The position numbers were made by a program, and so were the translations under genes. Positions 46,216 to 54,943 of a stretch of DNA of 64,000 nt are shown here, in pieces; the stretch's first letter is position 1; each line of letters begins with the position of its first letter. The stretch comes from Rhizobium sp. (GTDB lineage Bacteria; Pseudomonadota; Alphaproteobacteria; Rhizobiales; Rhizobiaceae). The DNA is taken from positions 2,368-66,367 of the forward strand of contig JBAYTX010000008.1 in assembly GCA_041675415.1 (NCBI GenBank). Direction: 5' to 3'. Under the pieces are notes generated by a model, which saw only the letters and a program-made list of their open reading frames with translations, had not been told where the DNA came from and searched no databases.

Positions 46216-46707
46216 TCAGGATTGTCTCTGCATTTCGCTCGTCATGAAGGTATGGAAAGTGCCGTTGGGCTGGCGGACGCTGGCCGTGAAGCGGCGAGTG
46301 TTGTCGTCGACGAAGGTGATGGCGTCGTGGTAGATCGCCGTCTTCGTCGGATCGGTGAAGTCCGGCCCTTCCGCCTCGAGCGTCAGGGTCCTGCCGTCGG
46401 GCTCGATCCAGCCCTTGTAGACCCAGAGCTTGGTCATCATCGAGCCAACCCAGGTGCCGACATAGTGGCCGGCCTGCGGATCGTAGCCGAGCGTCATCAT
46501 GACGGAGCCCAGACGCCCGTCCGGCATCTTGCCGCGGCTCTCGCCGACATACCAGAGGCCGTCGAACGTGCGGACCGTCTCGGTCCAGCGGTCATCGGGG
46601 CTTTCAGGCCCGCAATCCTCGTTGCCGGTGGCCGAGGTGACGACCCAGTCGCCGAGAAGTTTTTCTAGAAAGTGGTGTTCCTGCTGCGGTGCGGCGAATT
46701 CCATCAT
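46216..46707 (-). CDS. DUF1579 domain protein
   Basis: The LEKLLGDW....... pattern and its 163-aa size are typical of DUF1579. GGAGGA SD. Confidence 0.65.
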   Translation of the reverse strand: MMEFAAPQQEHHFLEKLLGDWVVTSATGNEDCGPESPDDRWTETVRTFDGLWYVGESRGKMPDGRLGSVMMTLGYDPQAGHYVGTWVGSMMTKLWVYKGWIEPDGRTLTLEAEGPDFTDPTKTAIYHDAITFVDDNTRRFTASVRQPNGTFHTFMTSEMQRQS

Positions 46708-46762
46708 GGCCTCATCCTCCTCGATGGGGTTTCATAAAAAGATGCCTGCAGATATGAACGGC

Positions 46763-47485
46763 TCAGGACGCGGCGGCGCGCGGCTTGCCGTCGTACTCGT
46801 CATGGCGACGGACGAAGTCCATCGTCGTCCTCTCGTTGCGCCCCTTCGGCGCCCGGTCGAGGATCATCAGCGTGCCGATCAGTTCTTCCGGACCCCGCGC
46901 ATAGCTCGAATAGGTATGGAAGACGGTGCCGTCGGCATCGCGGTAGAAGGCGCTCAAGCCCGGAAGCTCGGTGCCGGCATCCTTCGCTGGCAATGCGGTG
47001 AAATTATAGAAGACCTTGCCGGAGGCGAGCTCGTCCGGATCGAAGGACACGTGATAGTCGCGGTTGAAATCGGTACCGAAGGACGACACCCACGGGAAAT
47101 GCCAGCCCATGCGGCGCTTGTAGGCCTCGATCTTTTCTAGCGGCGCGCGGGAAACGGCGACCAGCGTCACGTCGTGGTGGTTCAAATGCGGCAGCGTGCC
47201 GTCCAGATGATCGGCGATGAAAGAGCAGCCCGTGCAGCCCGCTTGCCAGTCCGGGCCGAGCATGAAGTGGTAGATCATCAGCTGGCTGCGGCCGTCGAAC
47301 AACTCGGACAGTGTCTTGCGGCCGGTGGGCGTGGTGAAGACATAGTCCTTTTCGACCCTGACCCAGGGCAGCGCCAGGCGCTCGGCATTCACCCGGTCGC
47401 GCATCCGGGTCATTTCCTTTTCCTTTTGCAGAAGAGCGCGGCGAGCCTCAAGCCAATCTTCGCGGGATACGACGGGATGTTCCAT
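46763..47485 (-). CDS. DUF899 thioredoxin-like protein
   Basis: SREDWLEARRALLQKEKE...R.RD.....R..LPWV.V.K.Y.F and a CxxC-like motif (CTGCS). 240 aa. Confidence 0.8.
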   Translation of the reverse strand: MEHPVVSREDWLEARRALLQKEKEMTRMRDRVNAERLALPWVRVEKDYVFTTPTGRKTLSELFDGRSQLMIYHFMLGPDWQAGCTGCSFIADHLDGTLPHLNHHDVTLVAVSRAPLEKIEAYKRRMGWHFPWVSSFGTDFNRDYHVSFDPDELASGKVFYNFTALPAKDAGTELPGLSAFYRDADGTVFHTYSSYARGPEELIGTLMILDRAPKGRNERTTMDFVRRHDEYDGKPRAAAS

Positions 47486-47529
47486 AATTCCCTCCTCCAG
47501 GATGGTTGATGGACGTCCTTGACATTTAC

Positions 47530-47541
47530 GTTGATATCAAC
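47530..47541. promoter_or_regulatory. 12-bp perfect palindrome GTTGATATCAAC, candidate MarR operator
   Basis: Lies in the 67-bp divergent region between the DUF899 and MarR genes. Confidence 0.3.
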
Positions 47542-47552
47542 ATATATAGCTT

Positions 47553-48002
47553 ATGTCAAATCAGCCTGTGATTCCTTTTTCCACCACCATCCATGTTCGC
47601 GACACATGCCTTTGCCTGCATGCGCAGAGGGCGGCCCGCGCACTCGCGCGCCGCTTCGATACCGCTTTGAAGTCATTGGGTCTCACCAATGGCCAGTTCT
47701 CGCTGATGATGTCGCTGAACCGTCCCGAGCCGCCGCCCATGGGGCCGGTCGCGGCCATGCTCGCCATGGACCGCACGACGCTGACAGCGGCGCTGAAGCC
47801 ACTGGAACGGCGCCGCTGGGTGGAAATCCTCCCCGATCCGAAGGATCGGCGCGGCAAGCGCCTGAAGCTGACGCCGGCAGGCGTGGCGGTGCTTTCCGCC
47901 GCCTTGCCGATCTGGAAGGAGACCCATGACGCGGTCGAGGCCAAGTTGTCGTCGGGCAATCCAGACGGATTGCGACGGGACCTGCTGGAGATCGGGCAGT
48001 AG
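47553..48002 (+). CDS. MarR family transcriptional regulator
   Basis: 149 aa with a winged-helix core (GLTNGQFSLMMSL...DRTTLTAALKPLERRRWVE..PDPKDRRGK.L.LT..G). Confidence 0.85.
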   Translation: MSNQPVIPFSTTIHVRDTCLCLHAQRAARALARRFDTALKSLGLTNGQFSLMMSLNRPEPPPMGPVAAMLAMDRTTLTAALKPLERRRWVEILPDPKDRRGKRLKLTPAGVAVLSAALPIWKETHDAVEAKLSSGNPDGLRRDLLEIGQ

Positions 48003-48025
48003 GGACGCTCCGCCCGAATTGTCCC

Positions 48026-48787
48026 TCATCCGAACCTCTCCCTCAGCCTCTCATCCCCCGCAAAATCCGCAATCGCGAAGCCGACCAGCCAGCGCGGGAA
48101 CTCGCATAGCGCCTGAACACCGGTCCGGCTCAGCCTGATGCGCCAGGTCTGGCGCTCGACCGGCTCGCGCGATGCAAAGGCCAGGGCCGTGAGAAGAGCA
48201 ATGTTCATCCCTCCCCCGGGATCACGAACCGAACGATAGAGGATCGCCTCCATGCCCGCTTCGCGCGCAGCTTCGGCCAGCCTCTGGCAGGCTTCGTAGT
48301 TGACGGGATCCATCCATGCCGCCCGATCTCGGGACAGCGGCGGCTTGGTCAGGTCGACCGCACGGCCTGTCGAGACCAGCGCGCAAAAGGCCGTGTATTC
48401 CGCCGCATTGGCCGGCAGCGGGGTCGAGGGCGATTCGGAATAGAACAACAGACGATAGAAGGCCATTTCGGCCAGCGCCGTCGTGACCTCTTCCGCCGCG
48501 TAGTAGACGCCCGGCGTTCGCCCAGCGCGACGAAAGCGGGAGCCCCTGGGATAGGCGCCGCCATAGCGGAACGGTGTTGCCAGCAGATAATCGAGCCCCG
48601 CGCATTCAGGTGGGAAGGCGGGCTTGGTTTCCTCGAGAAGCGCTTCGAGCAGAGATTGCTCCTCGACGCTGTCGACCAGTTTCATGGTCGAAACCTGGTG
48701 CTGCGCCTCGACGAGCCGCCACCAGGCGCCGGAAGCGGTGCGCGCCTCAGACGAGAGCGCGGCGGGCGTCCAGATAGGCAAGGACAT
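48026..48787 (-). CDS. RES domain toxin (NAD+-targeting toxin family)
   Basis: R...E...S signature blocks: GSRFRRAG, YAAEEVTTALAEM and LYRSVRD. Its start overlaps the 3' end of the upstream Xre/DUF2384-type gene. Confidence 0.8.
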   Translation of the reverse strand: MSLPIWTPAALSSEARTASGAWWRLVEAQHQVSTMKLVDSVEEQSLLEALLEETKPAFPPECAGLDYLLATPFRYGGAYPRGSRFRRAGRTPGVYYAAEEVTTALAEMAFYRLLFYSESPSTPLPANAAEYTAFCALVSTGRAVDLTKPPLSRDRAAWMDPVNYEACQRLAEAAREAGMEAILYRSVRDPGGGMNIALLTALAFASREPVERQTWRIRLSRTGVQALCEFPRWLVGFAIADFAGDERLRERFG

Positions 48788-49130
48788 CGGTCAATCCGGA
48801 AACGGTTGCGATCTTGTCGGCCGGCACGCCGCCGAGCGACGTATTGACATTGCGCAGCCAAGCGCGCGCGACCGCCTCGTCCCCGCCGGCAATGGCGTCG
48901 AGCGAGCGGAAGACGCGGATGAACAGGAGCGCAAGTTCGAAAGGCTTCGTGCCTCGCTCCAGCGTGAAATCGAGCCGCTTCATGCGCGAAACACTGGCTT
49001 CGGACACGCCGAGCACCGATGCCAGCGCGCGCGCGCTCAACCCCAGCCGCTCGGCGGCGTTTACCACCGCCTTGGTCACAACGGCGCGCTCGGACAGGGC
49101 TTGCGGGGCGGTTTCGACTTGCGGCAACAT
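48747..49130 (-). CDS. Xre/MbcA/ParS-type antitoxin (DUF2384 toxin-binding domain)
   Basis: HTH-like N-terminal region (AAERLGLSARALASVLGVSEASVSRM) and a C-terminal W L...N..LGG..P...........V...L pattern typical of DUF2384. Internal ATG at complement 49128-49130 with AGGAAAGGA upstream. Confidence 0.8.
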   Translation of the reverse strand: MLPQVETAPQALSERAVVTKAVVNAAERLGLSARALASVLGVSEASVSRMKRLDFTLERGTKPFELALLFIRVFRSLDAIAGGDEAVARAWLRNVNTSLGGVPADKIATVSGLTDVLAYLDARRALV

Positions 49131-49233
49131 GAAAGCATTCCTTTCCTTGGAAAGAATATAGCACAATTCCATCCACAGACAAGGAATTCAACAATGTGTC
49201 TCTGGCGGGACAATCCCCTTTGCCCAACAGAGA

Positions 49234-49258
49234 AAGGGCCGGCGCGAGGCCGGCCCTT
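49234..49258 (-). terminator. hairpin terminator candidate downstream of ohr
   Basis: AAGGGCCGG-CGCGAGG-CCGGCCCTT 9-bp stem. The minus strand continues TCTCTGTT. Confidence 0.4.
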
Positions 49259-49286
49259 CGGGCGGTGGATCTGTAACGGGGCTCTG

Positions 49287-49709
49287 TCAGGCGACGGAAA
49301 CCGGAACTTCGGTGGATGTGCGCATGGCGTGGCTATAGGGGCAGACGATATGGGCGGCGGCGACCAGCCTCTCGGCCAGGGCACGCTCCATGCCGGGGAT
49401 ATTGGCGGAGATCGCCACTTCGATGCCGAAGCCGGTGCCATCGTCGCGCGGACCGATGCCGACACGGGTCGTGATCTTCGCGTCGTCCGGGATCTTCACC
49501 TTTTCCTTGCCGGCGACGAATTTCAGTGCGCCGAGAAAGCAGGCGGAATAGCCGGCGGCGAACATCTGTTCCGGATTGGTGCCGGTGGCGCCGTCGCCGC
49601 CGAGCTCCTTCGGCGCGGTCAGCGTCACGTCGAGAACGCCGTTGTCGGAGACGGCGCGGCCGGCGCGGCCGCCGGTCGCGGAAGCCTGGGCAGTATAGAG
49701 AATGCTCAT
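49287..49709 (-). CDS. ohr: organic hydroperoxide resistance protein
   Basis: 140 aa of the OsmC/Ohr fold with both catalytic Cys contexts (AGYSACF and VCPYS). Divergent from ohrR. Confidence 0.9.
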   Translation of the reverse strand: MSILYTAQASATGGRAGRAVSDNGVLDVTLTAPKELGGDGATGTNPEQMFAAGYSACFLGALKFVAGKEKVKIPDDAKITTRVGIGPRDDGTGFGIEVAISANIPGMERALAERLVAAAHIVCPYSHAMRTSTEVPVSVA

Positions 49710-49751
49710 GTCAAAATTCCTTGTATCTGGCTGCAATGGCATTTATATATA

Positions 49752-49768
49752 GCACAATTAAATTGTGC
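49752..49768. promoter_or_regulatory. OhrR operator candidate
   Basis: Perfect dyad GCACAATT-A-AATTGTGC in the AT-rich ohr-ohrR intergenic region. It matches the AT-rich ACAATT/AATTGT dyads known for OhrR. Confidence 0.6.
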
Positions 49769-49852
49769 GCAAACTTTATTTACAGATTGCGCCAACCAGA
49801 TGAAATTGCAAGAATTGGCGCAGGGGAAAGCAACGGGGCAAGGCAGGGAATA

Positions 49853-50302
49853 ATGAACGACACCAAGGAGGAAACGGCACCGACGCTCGACAGGCAGCTT
49901 TGCTTTGCGGTCTATGGCGCGGCGCACGCCTTCAATCGGGCCTACAAACCGCTGCTGGAGCCTTTGGGCCTCACCTATCCGCAATATCTAGTGATGATGG
50001 TGCTCTGGGAGGAAGATACCCAGTCGGTCAAGGCGATCGGCGACAGGCTGGGGCTCGATTCGGGAACCCTTTCGCCGCTCCTGAAGCGGCTGGAACAGGC
50101 GGGCTATGTCGTGCGCAAGCGCTGCTCCGACGACGAGCGGCAGGTCCTCGTCTCGCTCACCGAGACCGGAACCGGACTGCGCAGGAGAGCCTGCGACGTG
50201 ATGCAATCGATCGGCAAGGCGACCGGCTGCACCCGCCAGGAAATCGAAAACCTCCGCAACCGACTGCAGGACCTGCGCCACCAGCTCACGCCGGAGGAAT
50301 AA
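49853..50302 (+). CDS. ohrR: organic hydroperoxide-sensing MarR family repressor
   Basis: 149 aa with an N-terminal sensing Cys in LDRQLCFAVY and a MarR wHTH. Internal ATG at 49853. Confidence 0.85.
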   Translation: MNDTKEETAPTLDRQLCFAVYGAAHAFNRAYKPLLEPLGLTYPQYLVMMVLWEEDTQSVKAIGDRLGLDSGTLSPLLKRLEQAGYVVRKRCSDDERQVLVSLTETGTGLRRRACDVMQSIGKATGCTRQEIENLRNRLQDLRHQLTPEE

Positions 50303-50457
50303 AGGGCGGAGGTCTCTGCAGGTGTCATGTATCAGGTGCCACCGAAGATCGGTTTAGGGACGTTGTGTCCGGCTGCCGCGAAACTCCGACTTTTGCGACG
50401 GAGTTTTGCGGCGAAACTGCTCGAAGGTTTCAGGTCGTCACAAGACTGATACCTGGT

Positions 50458-51201
50458 TCAGACTGCCACGAAGCCGCCATCGACGAATAGCTCCTCGCCG
50501 CCAACGAAGCTGCTTTCCTCCGATGCGAGAAACAACACCGCCTTGGCAATCTCTTCGGACCGGGCGAGCCTGCCGAACGGAATGGTTTGCTGCATCCATT
50601 CCTCGGCGCCGGCATTGTTCTGAAGATAGGTCTGCATCGCAGGTGTCAGGACCATGCCGGGTGAAACGACGTTCACGCGAATGCCCTGGCTCTTGAGATC
50701 GGTTGTCCATGTTCGTGCGAACGAGCGGATCGCTGCCTTCGTAGCGCTGTAGATGGATAGGTTGGCAAAACCCTTGGCTCCCGCCCCCGATCCGGTCAAC
50801 ACAACTGCGCCACCGGCAGACATAAGGGGCAGAGCCTTCTGGACGGTGAAGACCATGCCCTTCACGTTGATGCCGAAGACACGATCGAAATGATCTTCTT
50901 CAATGGCGCCGATCGGGGCGGATTCGGACACGCCGGCGTTTGCGAAGACCACATCCACGCGCCCGCGATCACGCTCTACTTCCGCATAGAGCCTGTCGAG
51001 ACTTGCCAGATCGCTGACATCGCCTTGGACGCCAACGGCGCCGTTGCCGATTTCCTCTAGCGCCTCGTCCAGGCGTTCTTGCCGGCGTCCCGTGACATAC
51101 ACATGGGCACCATCTGCTGCGAATAGCTTGGCCGTGGTCAAGCCTATGCCGTCCGTTCCGCCCGTGATCACCACGATCTTGTCCTCAAATCGCTTTGTCA
51201 T
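50458..51201 (-). CDS. SDR family oxidoreductase
   Basis: TGGTDGIG, NAG and YSATK motifs. 247 aa. Confidence 0.9.
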   Translation of the reverse strand: MTKRFEDKIVVITGGTDGIGLTTAKLFAADGAHVYVTGRRQERLDEALEEIGNGAVGVQGDVSDLASLDRLYAEVERDRGRVDVVFANAGVSESAPIGAIEEDHFDRVFGINVKGMVFTVQKALPLMSAGGAVVLTGSGAGAKGFANLSIYSATKAAIRSFARTWTTDLKSQGIRVNVVSPGMVLTPAMQTYLQNNAGAEEWMQQTIPFGRLARSEEIAKAVLFLASEESSFVGGEELFVDGGFVAV

Positions 51202-51221
51202 GTCATTGGCTCGCTTTCATA

Positions 51222-51270
51222 GTAAGTGGAGGATTGCTCCATTTACTATATGGAGATATCCTCCACTTAC
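51222..51270. promoter_or_regulatory. nested 49-bp palindrome, candidate TetR operator
   Basis: The outer 13-bp arms GTAAGTGGAGGAT / ATCCTCCACTTAC are perfect. The inner arms are CTCCAT / ATGGAG. It fills most of the 74-bp SDR-TetR divergent region. Confidence 0.5.
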
Positions 51271-51275
51271 AAGTC

Positions 51276-51848
51276 ATGGCGAGGCAGATTTTTTTGGCTG
51301 ACGAAACCCCATTGCGAGTCGATGCGCAGCTCAACAAGGAGCGGATCCTTGCCGCAGCCGAGGAAGCCTTTATGGAGCGAGGCGCTGGCGTCTCACTGGA
51401 TGACGTCGCAAGGCGCGCCGGGGTTGGGATCGGGACGCTTTATCGCCGCTTCCCAACGCGGGAAGACCTCCTGGCCGCGACGTACAGCGCCCGATTCCTG
51501 GCTTTCGCTGAGAAGAGCCGTGCCAGGTCAGTCAATCTTGACCCTTCAAGCGCCTTGCGCGCCTATCTTGAAGAACTCGTCCAATATACGACTGTTTATC
51601 GAGGTTTCGCGGCGTCTCTCGGGACGGTTCTACAGATTGGAACGCCGGGATGTCTCGCCACCAGTGAGGAAGGTGCCCGCCTTCTGCATGCCGCACAGGA
51701 GGCGGGAGCAGTTCGACCTGATATCAGCTTCAACGACATCGTCTGCGTGGCAACCGCAATATCACTAGCGACCGAGCAAGACAGCTCACCACAAGCGCAC
51801 ATCGCTCATTTGGTCGGTGTATTCATGAATGGAATCGTCGAGCGCTGA
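51276..51848 (+). CDS. TetR family transcriptional regulator
   Basis: TetR_N HTH (ILAAAEEAFMERGAGVSLDDVARRAGVGIGTLYRRFPTREDL). 190 aa from the internal ATG. Confidence 0.85.
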   Translation: MARQIFLADETPLRVDAQLNKERILAAAEEAFMERGAGVSLDDVARRAGVGIGTLYRRFPTREDLLAATYSARFLAFAEKSRARSVNLDPSSALRAYLEELVQYTTVYRGFAASLGTVLQIGTPGCLATSEEGARLLHAAQEAGAVRPDISFNDIVCVATAISLATEQDSSPQAHIAHLVGVFMNGIVER

Positions 51849-51982
51849 AACGTTCGCGATAACCGGTCTCGGCGGGTGTCATGTCGCAGGCGCCGCCGAC
51901 GAGCGCTTTGGGGGCCGGTCTGGGGCGGCCTTTCGGGACAGAGGATGCCGGGTGCCGTTCGCGCAGCACCCGGCGTCAAGGG

Positions 51983-52738
51983 TCAGATGGTCTGCCCGCC
52001 CGATACCTCGACGCGCTGGCCGTTGACCCAGCGGTTGTCGGGGCCGAGCAGGCTCGCCACCATCGGGCCGATATCATCGGGCACGCCGACGCGGCCGAGT
52101 GCGGTCATGCCCGCGAACGCCGTGTTATAATCCGGTATGTCACGTACCGCGCCGCCCAGGAAGTCGGTTTCGATCGCGCCCGGCGCCACGGTGTTTGCGG
52201 TGATGCCGCGGCTGCCCAACTCCCTGGCCATGTAGACCGTCAGAATTTCGACCGCACCCTTGGCGGCCGAGTAGGCCGAAAAGCCGGGGAACGAGACGCG
52301 GGTCAGGCCCGACGAGAAGTTGATGATGCGGCCGCCATCCGCCAGCATCGGCAACAGCGCCTGCGTCAGGAAGAATACGCCCTTGACGTGGACATCGAAC
52401 AGCATATCGAACTGTTCTTCGGTGGTGGTGGCGAAGTCGGCCATTTCTCCATGCCCGGCATTGTTGACGAGGTGGTCGAACGTGTCGCGCTGCCATGTGG
52501 TCGGCAGCGCGGTTCGCAGCGCCTCGACGAATGCCGGAAAGGACGAGACCTTGCCGGTGTCGAGCTGTAGCGCGACAGCCTTGCGGCCCAGCGCTTCGAT
52601 GTCGGCGACGACGGCGTCGGCCTCGTCCTTGCTGCTGCGATAGGTCAGGATCACATCTCCGCCGTGGCGAGCGATGCTGATGGCGGTGTTGCGGCCCAGG
52701 CCGCGGCTACCGCCGGTTACGAGTGAAATGCTGGTCAT
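51983..52738 (-). CDS. SDR family oxidoreductase
   Basis: TGGSRGLG, NNAG and YSAAK motifs. 251 aa from the internal ATG at complement 52736-52738. Confidence 0.9.
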   Translation of the reverse strand: MTSISLVTGGSRGLGRNTAISIARHGGDVILTYRSSKDEADAVVADIEALGRKAVALQLDTGKVSSFPAFVEALRTALPTTWQRDTFDHLVNNAGHGEMADFATTTEEQFDMLFDVHVKGVFFLTQALLPMLADGGRIINFSSGLTRVSFPGFSAYSAAKGAVEILTVYMARELGSRGITANTVAPGAIETDFLGGAVRDIPDYNTAFAGMTALGRVGVPDDIGPMVASLLGPDNRWVNGQRVEVSGGQTI

Positions 52739-52848
52739 ACATGCCTCCGTTTCTGTGACATTCTTATGCAACAGACCGGCCGCACGTTGTTGCGCGATCC
52801 TCCCGAATACTTGCCCGAAAATCCTGCCGCATTGCCGGAACGTCCTGC

Positions 52849-53751
52849 ATGCCGTATCAGTCTTCGATGACCGATTCCCTCCTGGACCACACCCGTCGCT
52901 ACGCCGATGCCCATGTCGACCCCGCTGGCGTTGCCGCAACACCGGTCGCGGGGATGGCGATCCTGCGCGAAACCGCGCCGACGATGCTGCAATTTGCCGT
53001 TTCCAGGCCCTTGGTGGCGCTGGTCCTGCAGGGCAGCAAGCGTGCGACGATGGGAAGCCACAGCTTCGATTTCGGCGCCGGCGAATCGCTGCTGATCACC
53101 ACCGATGTCCCAACCGTCAGCCAGATCACGACTGCCAGCAAAGTCTTGCCTTATTATTCAATTGTCTTCGAACTCGACTCCGCCATCATCGGCGATATGG
53201 TCGATCAGATCGGCCCGGTCCCGTTCGAAGCGGATCAGCCGGTCCGCGTCGATGCGACCGAAACGGAAATTGCCGATGCGGCGCTGCGCCTTCTGCGGCT
53301 CATCGATCGGCCCAAGGCGCTAGCGGTACTCGGCGAGCAGTTGCGTCGCGAGTTGCACTATTGGCTGCTCGCCGGCCGTCACGGCGGCGCCATCCGCGCG
53401 CTGGGCGTGACCGACAGCCATGCACAGCGCATCGCCCGTGCCGTTGCCTTGCTACGCGACCATTATGCCGAGCCGGTGCGGGTCGAAGCGCTGGCGACGG
53501 CGGCGGGCATGAGCCTGTCGGCCTTCCACGTTCACTTCCGCGCCATCACATCGCTGACGCCGCTGCAGTTTCAGAAGCAGCTTCGGCTCATCGAGGCTCG
53601 ACGCCGGATGCTGGCGCAAGGCGAAGCGATCAGCGATGCGGCCTACGGCGTTGGTTACGAGAGCGTCCCGCAATTCACCCGCGAGTATGGCCGCATGTTC
53701 GGACAACCGCCCGCGCGGGACGTCCGGCAAGCGCGCGCACAGACGGCATAG
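52849..53751 (+). CDS. AraC family transcriptional regulator
   Basis: N-terminal AraC_N-like sensor region and a C-terminal double HTH (LSAFHVHFRAITSLTPLQFQKQLRL.EARR...; ...VGYESVPQFTREYGRMFGQPP). Confidence 0.85.
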   Translation: MPYQSSMTDSLLDHTRRYADAHVDPAGVAATPVAGMAILRETAPTMLQFAVSRPLVALVLQGSKRATMGSHSFDFGAGESLLITTDVPTVSQITTASKVLPYYSIVFELDSAIIGDMVDQIGPVPFEADQPVRVDATETEIADAALRLLRLIDRPKALAVLGEQLRRELHYWLLAGRHGGAIRALGVTDSHAQRIARAVALLRDHYAEPVRVEALATAAGMSLSAFHVHFRAITSLTPLQFQKQLRLIEARRRMLAQGEAISDAAYGVGYESVPQFTREYGRMFGQPPARDVRQARAQTA

Positions 53752-54065
53752 AGCATTCCCGATACAACATCCTTTTTCGGAAATCGGTGATCCAAGCCAA
53801 CGGCGGTGATCGCCATCAGCTTCGACAGAAGCCGCCCGTCACCTATACCACCAAAATCGGACATCTGGCCTGATAAGGCCGGTGACGGACTTCAGAAACT
53901 CTGTACAGCAGGCTGAGCGGCCGTAACGAAGGGCATAAAGCTGTCGACGCTCGGCGGCAGCTGCTGCCCAATTTCGGATACCTCCCCTCACCCGTCGAAA
54001 TCCGGCGGCTTGACCTCTCCCGCCTCGGGACCACCCCTCCCCGGTCCTCAAGGCGCGAAGCGGCC

Positions 54066-54782
54066 TTACTGCCAGACGACGATGCGCGCGTTCTCCGGCA
54101 CACGTTGATAAAGATCGATAATATCCTGATTCATCAGACGTACGCAGCCAGACGAGACGGCCTTGCCGATGGATTGCCATTCCGGCGAGCCATGCAGCCG
54201 ATAGAGCGTGTCCTGGCCATTCTGGAAGATATAGAGCGCGCGGGCGCCCAGCGGATTATCCAGGCCCGGCGGCATACCGCCATTGTCGGCCGAATATTTC
54301 GCCAGTTCCGGCTGGCGGGCGATCATTTCCTCCGGCGGCGTCCATTTCGGCCATTTCTGCCGCCACTCGATGACGCCGGCCCCCTGCCAGGCAAAGCCTT
54401 CGCGGCCGATGCCGACGCCGTAGCGCATGGCTGTCCCGCCCGACTCGACGAGATAGAGGAAGCGCGACGGCGTATCGACCACGATGGTTCCCGGCGGCTG
54501 GCCGGTCGGATCGAGCACCCGCTGGCGATAATAGCGTGGATCGATCTGCTGATAGGGGATTGCCGGGATGACATAGCCGCCGTCGACCAGCGTGCCGTAC
54601 ATCGCATCGAGCTCGGCGGAGCCGCGCATGGGCGGGCGGGCGACCATGCCGACCGGAGTGCCATAGGCAGGGGTCGGACGGTTATAGGAGCCGGAGGACG
54701 CGCAACCGGCAAGCAGGCTCGCCGCGCCGACGCCGGACAGGGAGAGAAAAGCGCGACGCGAAAGGAAACTGGAAGATAGCAT
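54066..54782 (-). CDS. L,D-transpeptidase (YkuD domain) lipoprotein
   Basis: Catalytic HGS...SSGCVRL motif. Signal/lipobox LLAGC. 238 aa from the internal ATG. Confidence 0.85.
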   Translation of the reverse strand: MLSSSFLSRRAFLSLSGVGAASLLAGCASSGSYNRPTPAYGTPVGMVARPPMRGSAELDAMYGTLVDGGYVIPAIPYQQIDPRYYRQRVLDPTGQPPGTIVVDTPSRFLYLVESGGTAMRYGVGIGREGFAWQGAGVIEWRQKWPKWTPPEEMIARQPELAKYSADNGGMPPGLDNPLGARALYIFQNGQDTLYRLHGSPEWQSIGKAVSSGCVRLMNQDIIDLYQRVPENARIVVWQ

Positions 54783-54943
54783 GGAGGGTCGGTCTTCCTG
54801 TGCAAGTTTCAAGGACAGGAACGATCAAAGCACGGAAAGCCTAAATGTTCCCCTTACGCATTGATTGTAACGTAGCGTATTCTAAAAGACATACACGTTG
54901 ATGCCGCAGGAGGCGTTCACTTTTTTGCGATGGCGCTCCGGGC

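Noticed and set aside
53752-54065. 314-bp gap after the AraC gene with small ORFs (for example 53655-53864, MSDFGGIGDGRLLSKL…) that might be a gene fragment or an sRNA.
   Set aside because: No motif, SD or terminator that I could support. The composition suggests more intergenic repeat material. Left unannotated.
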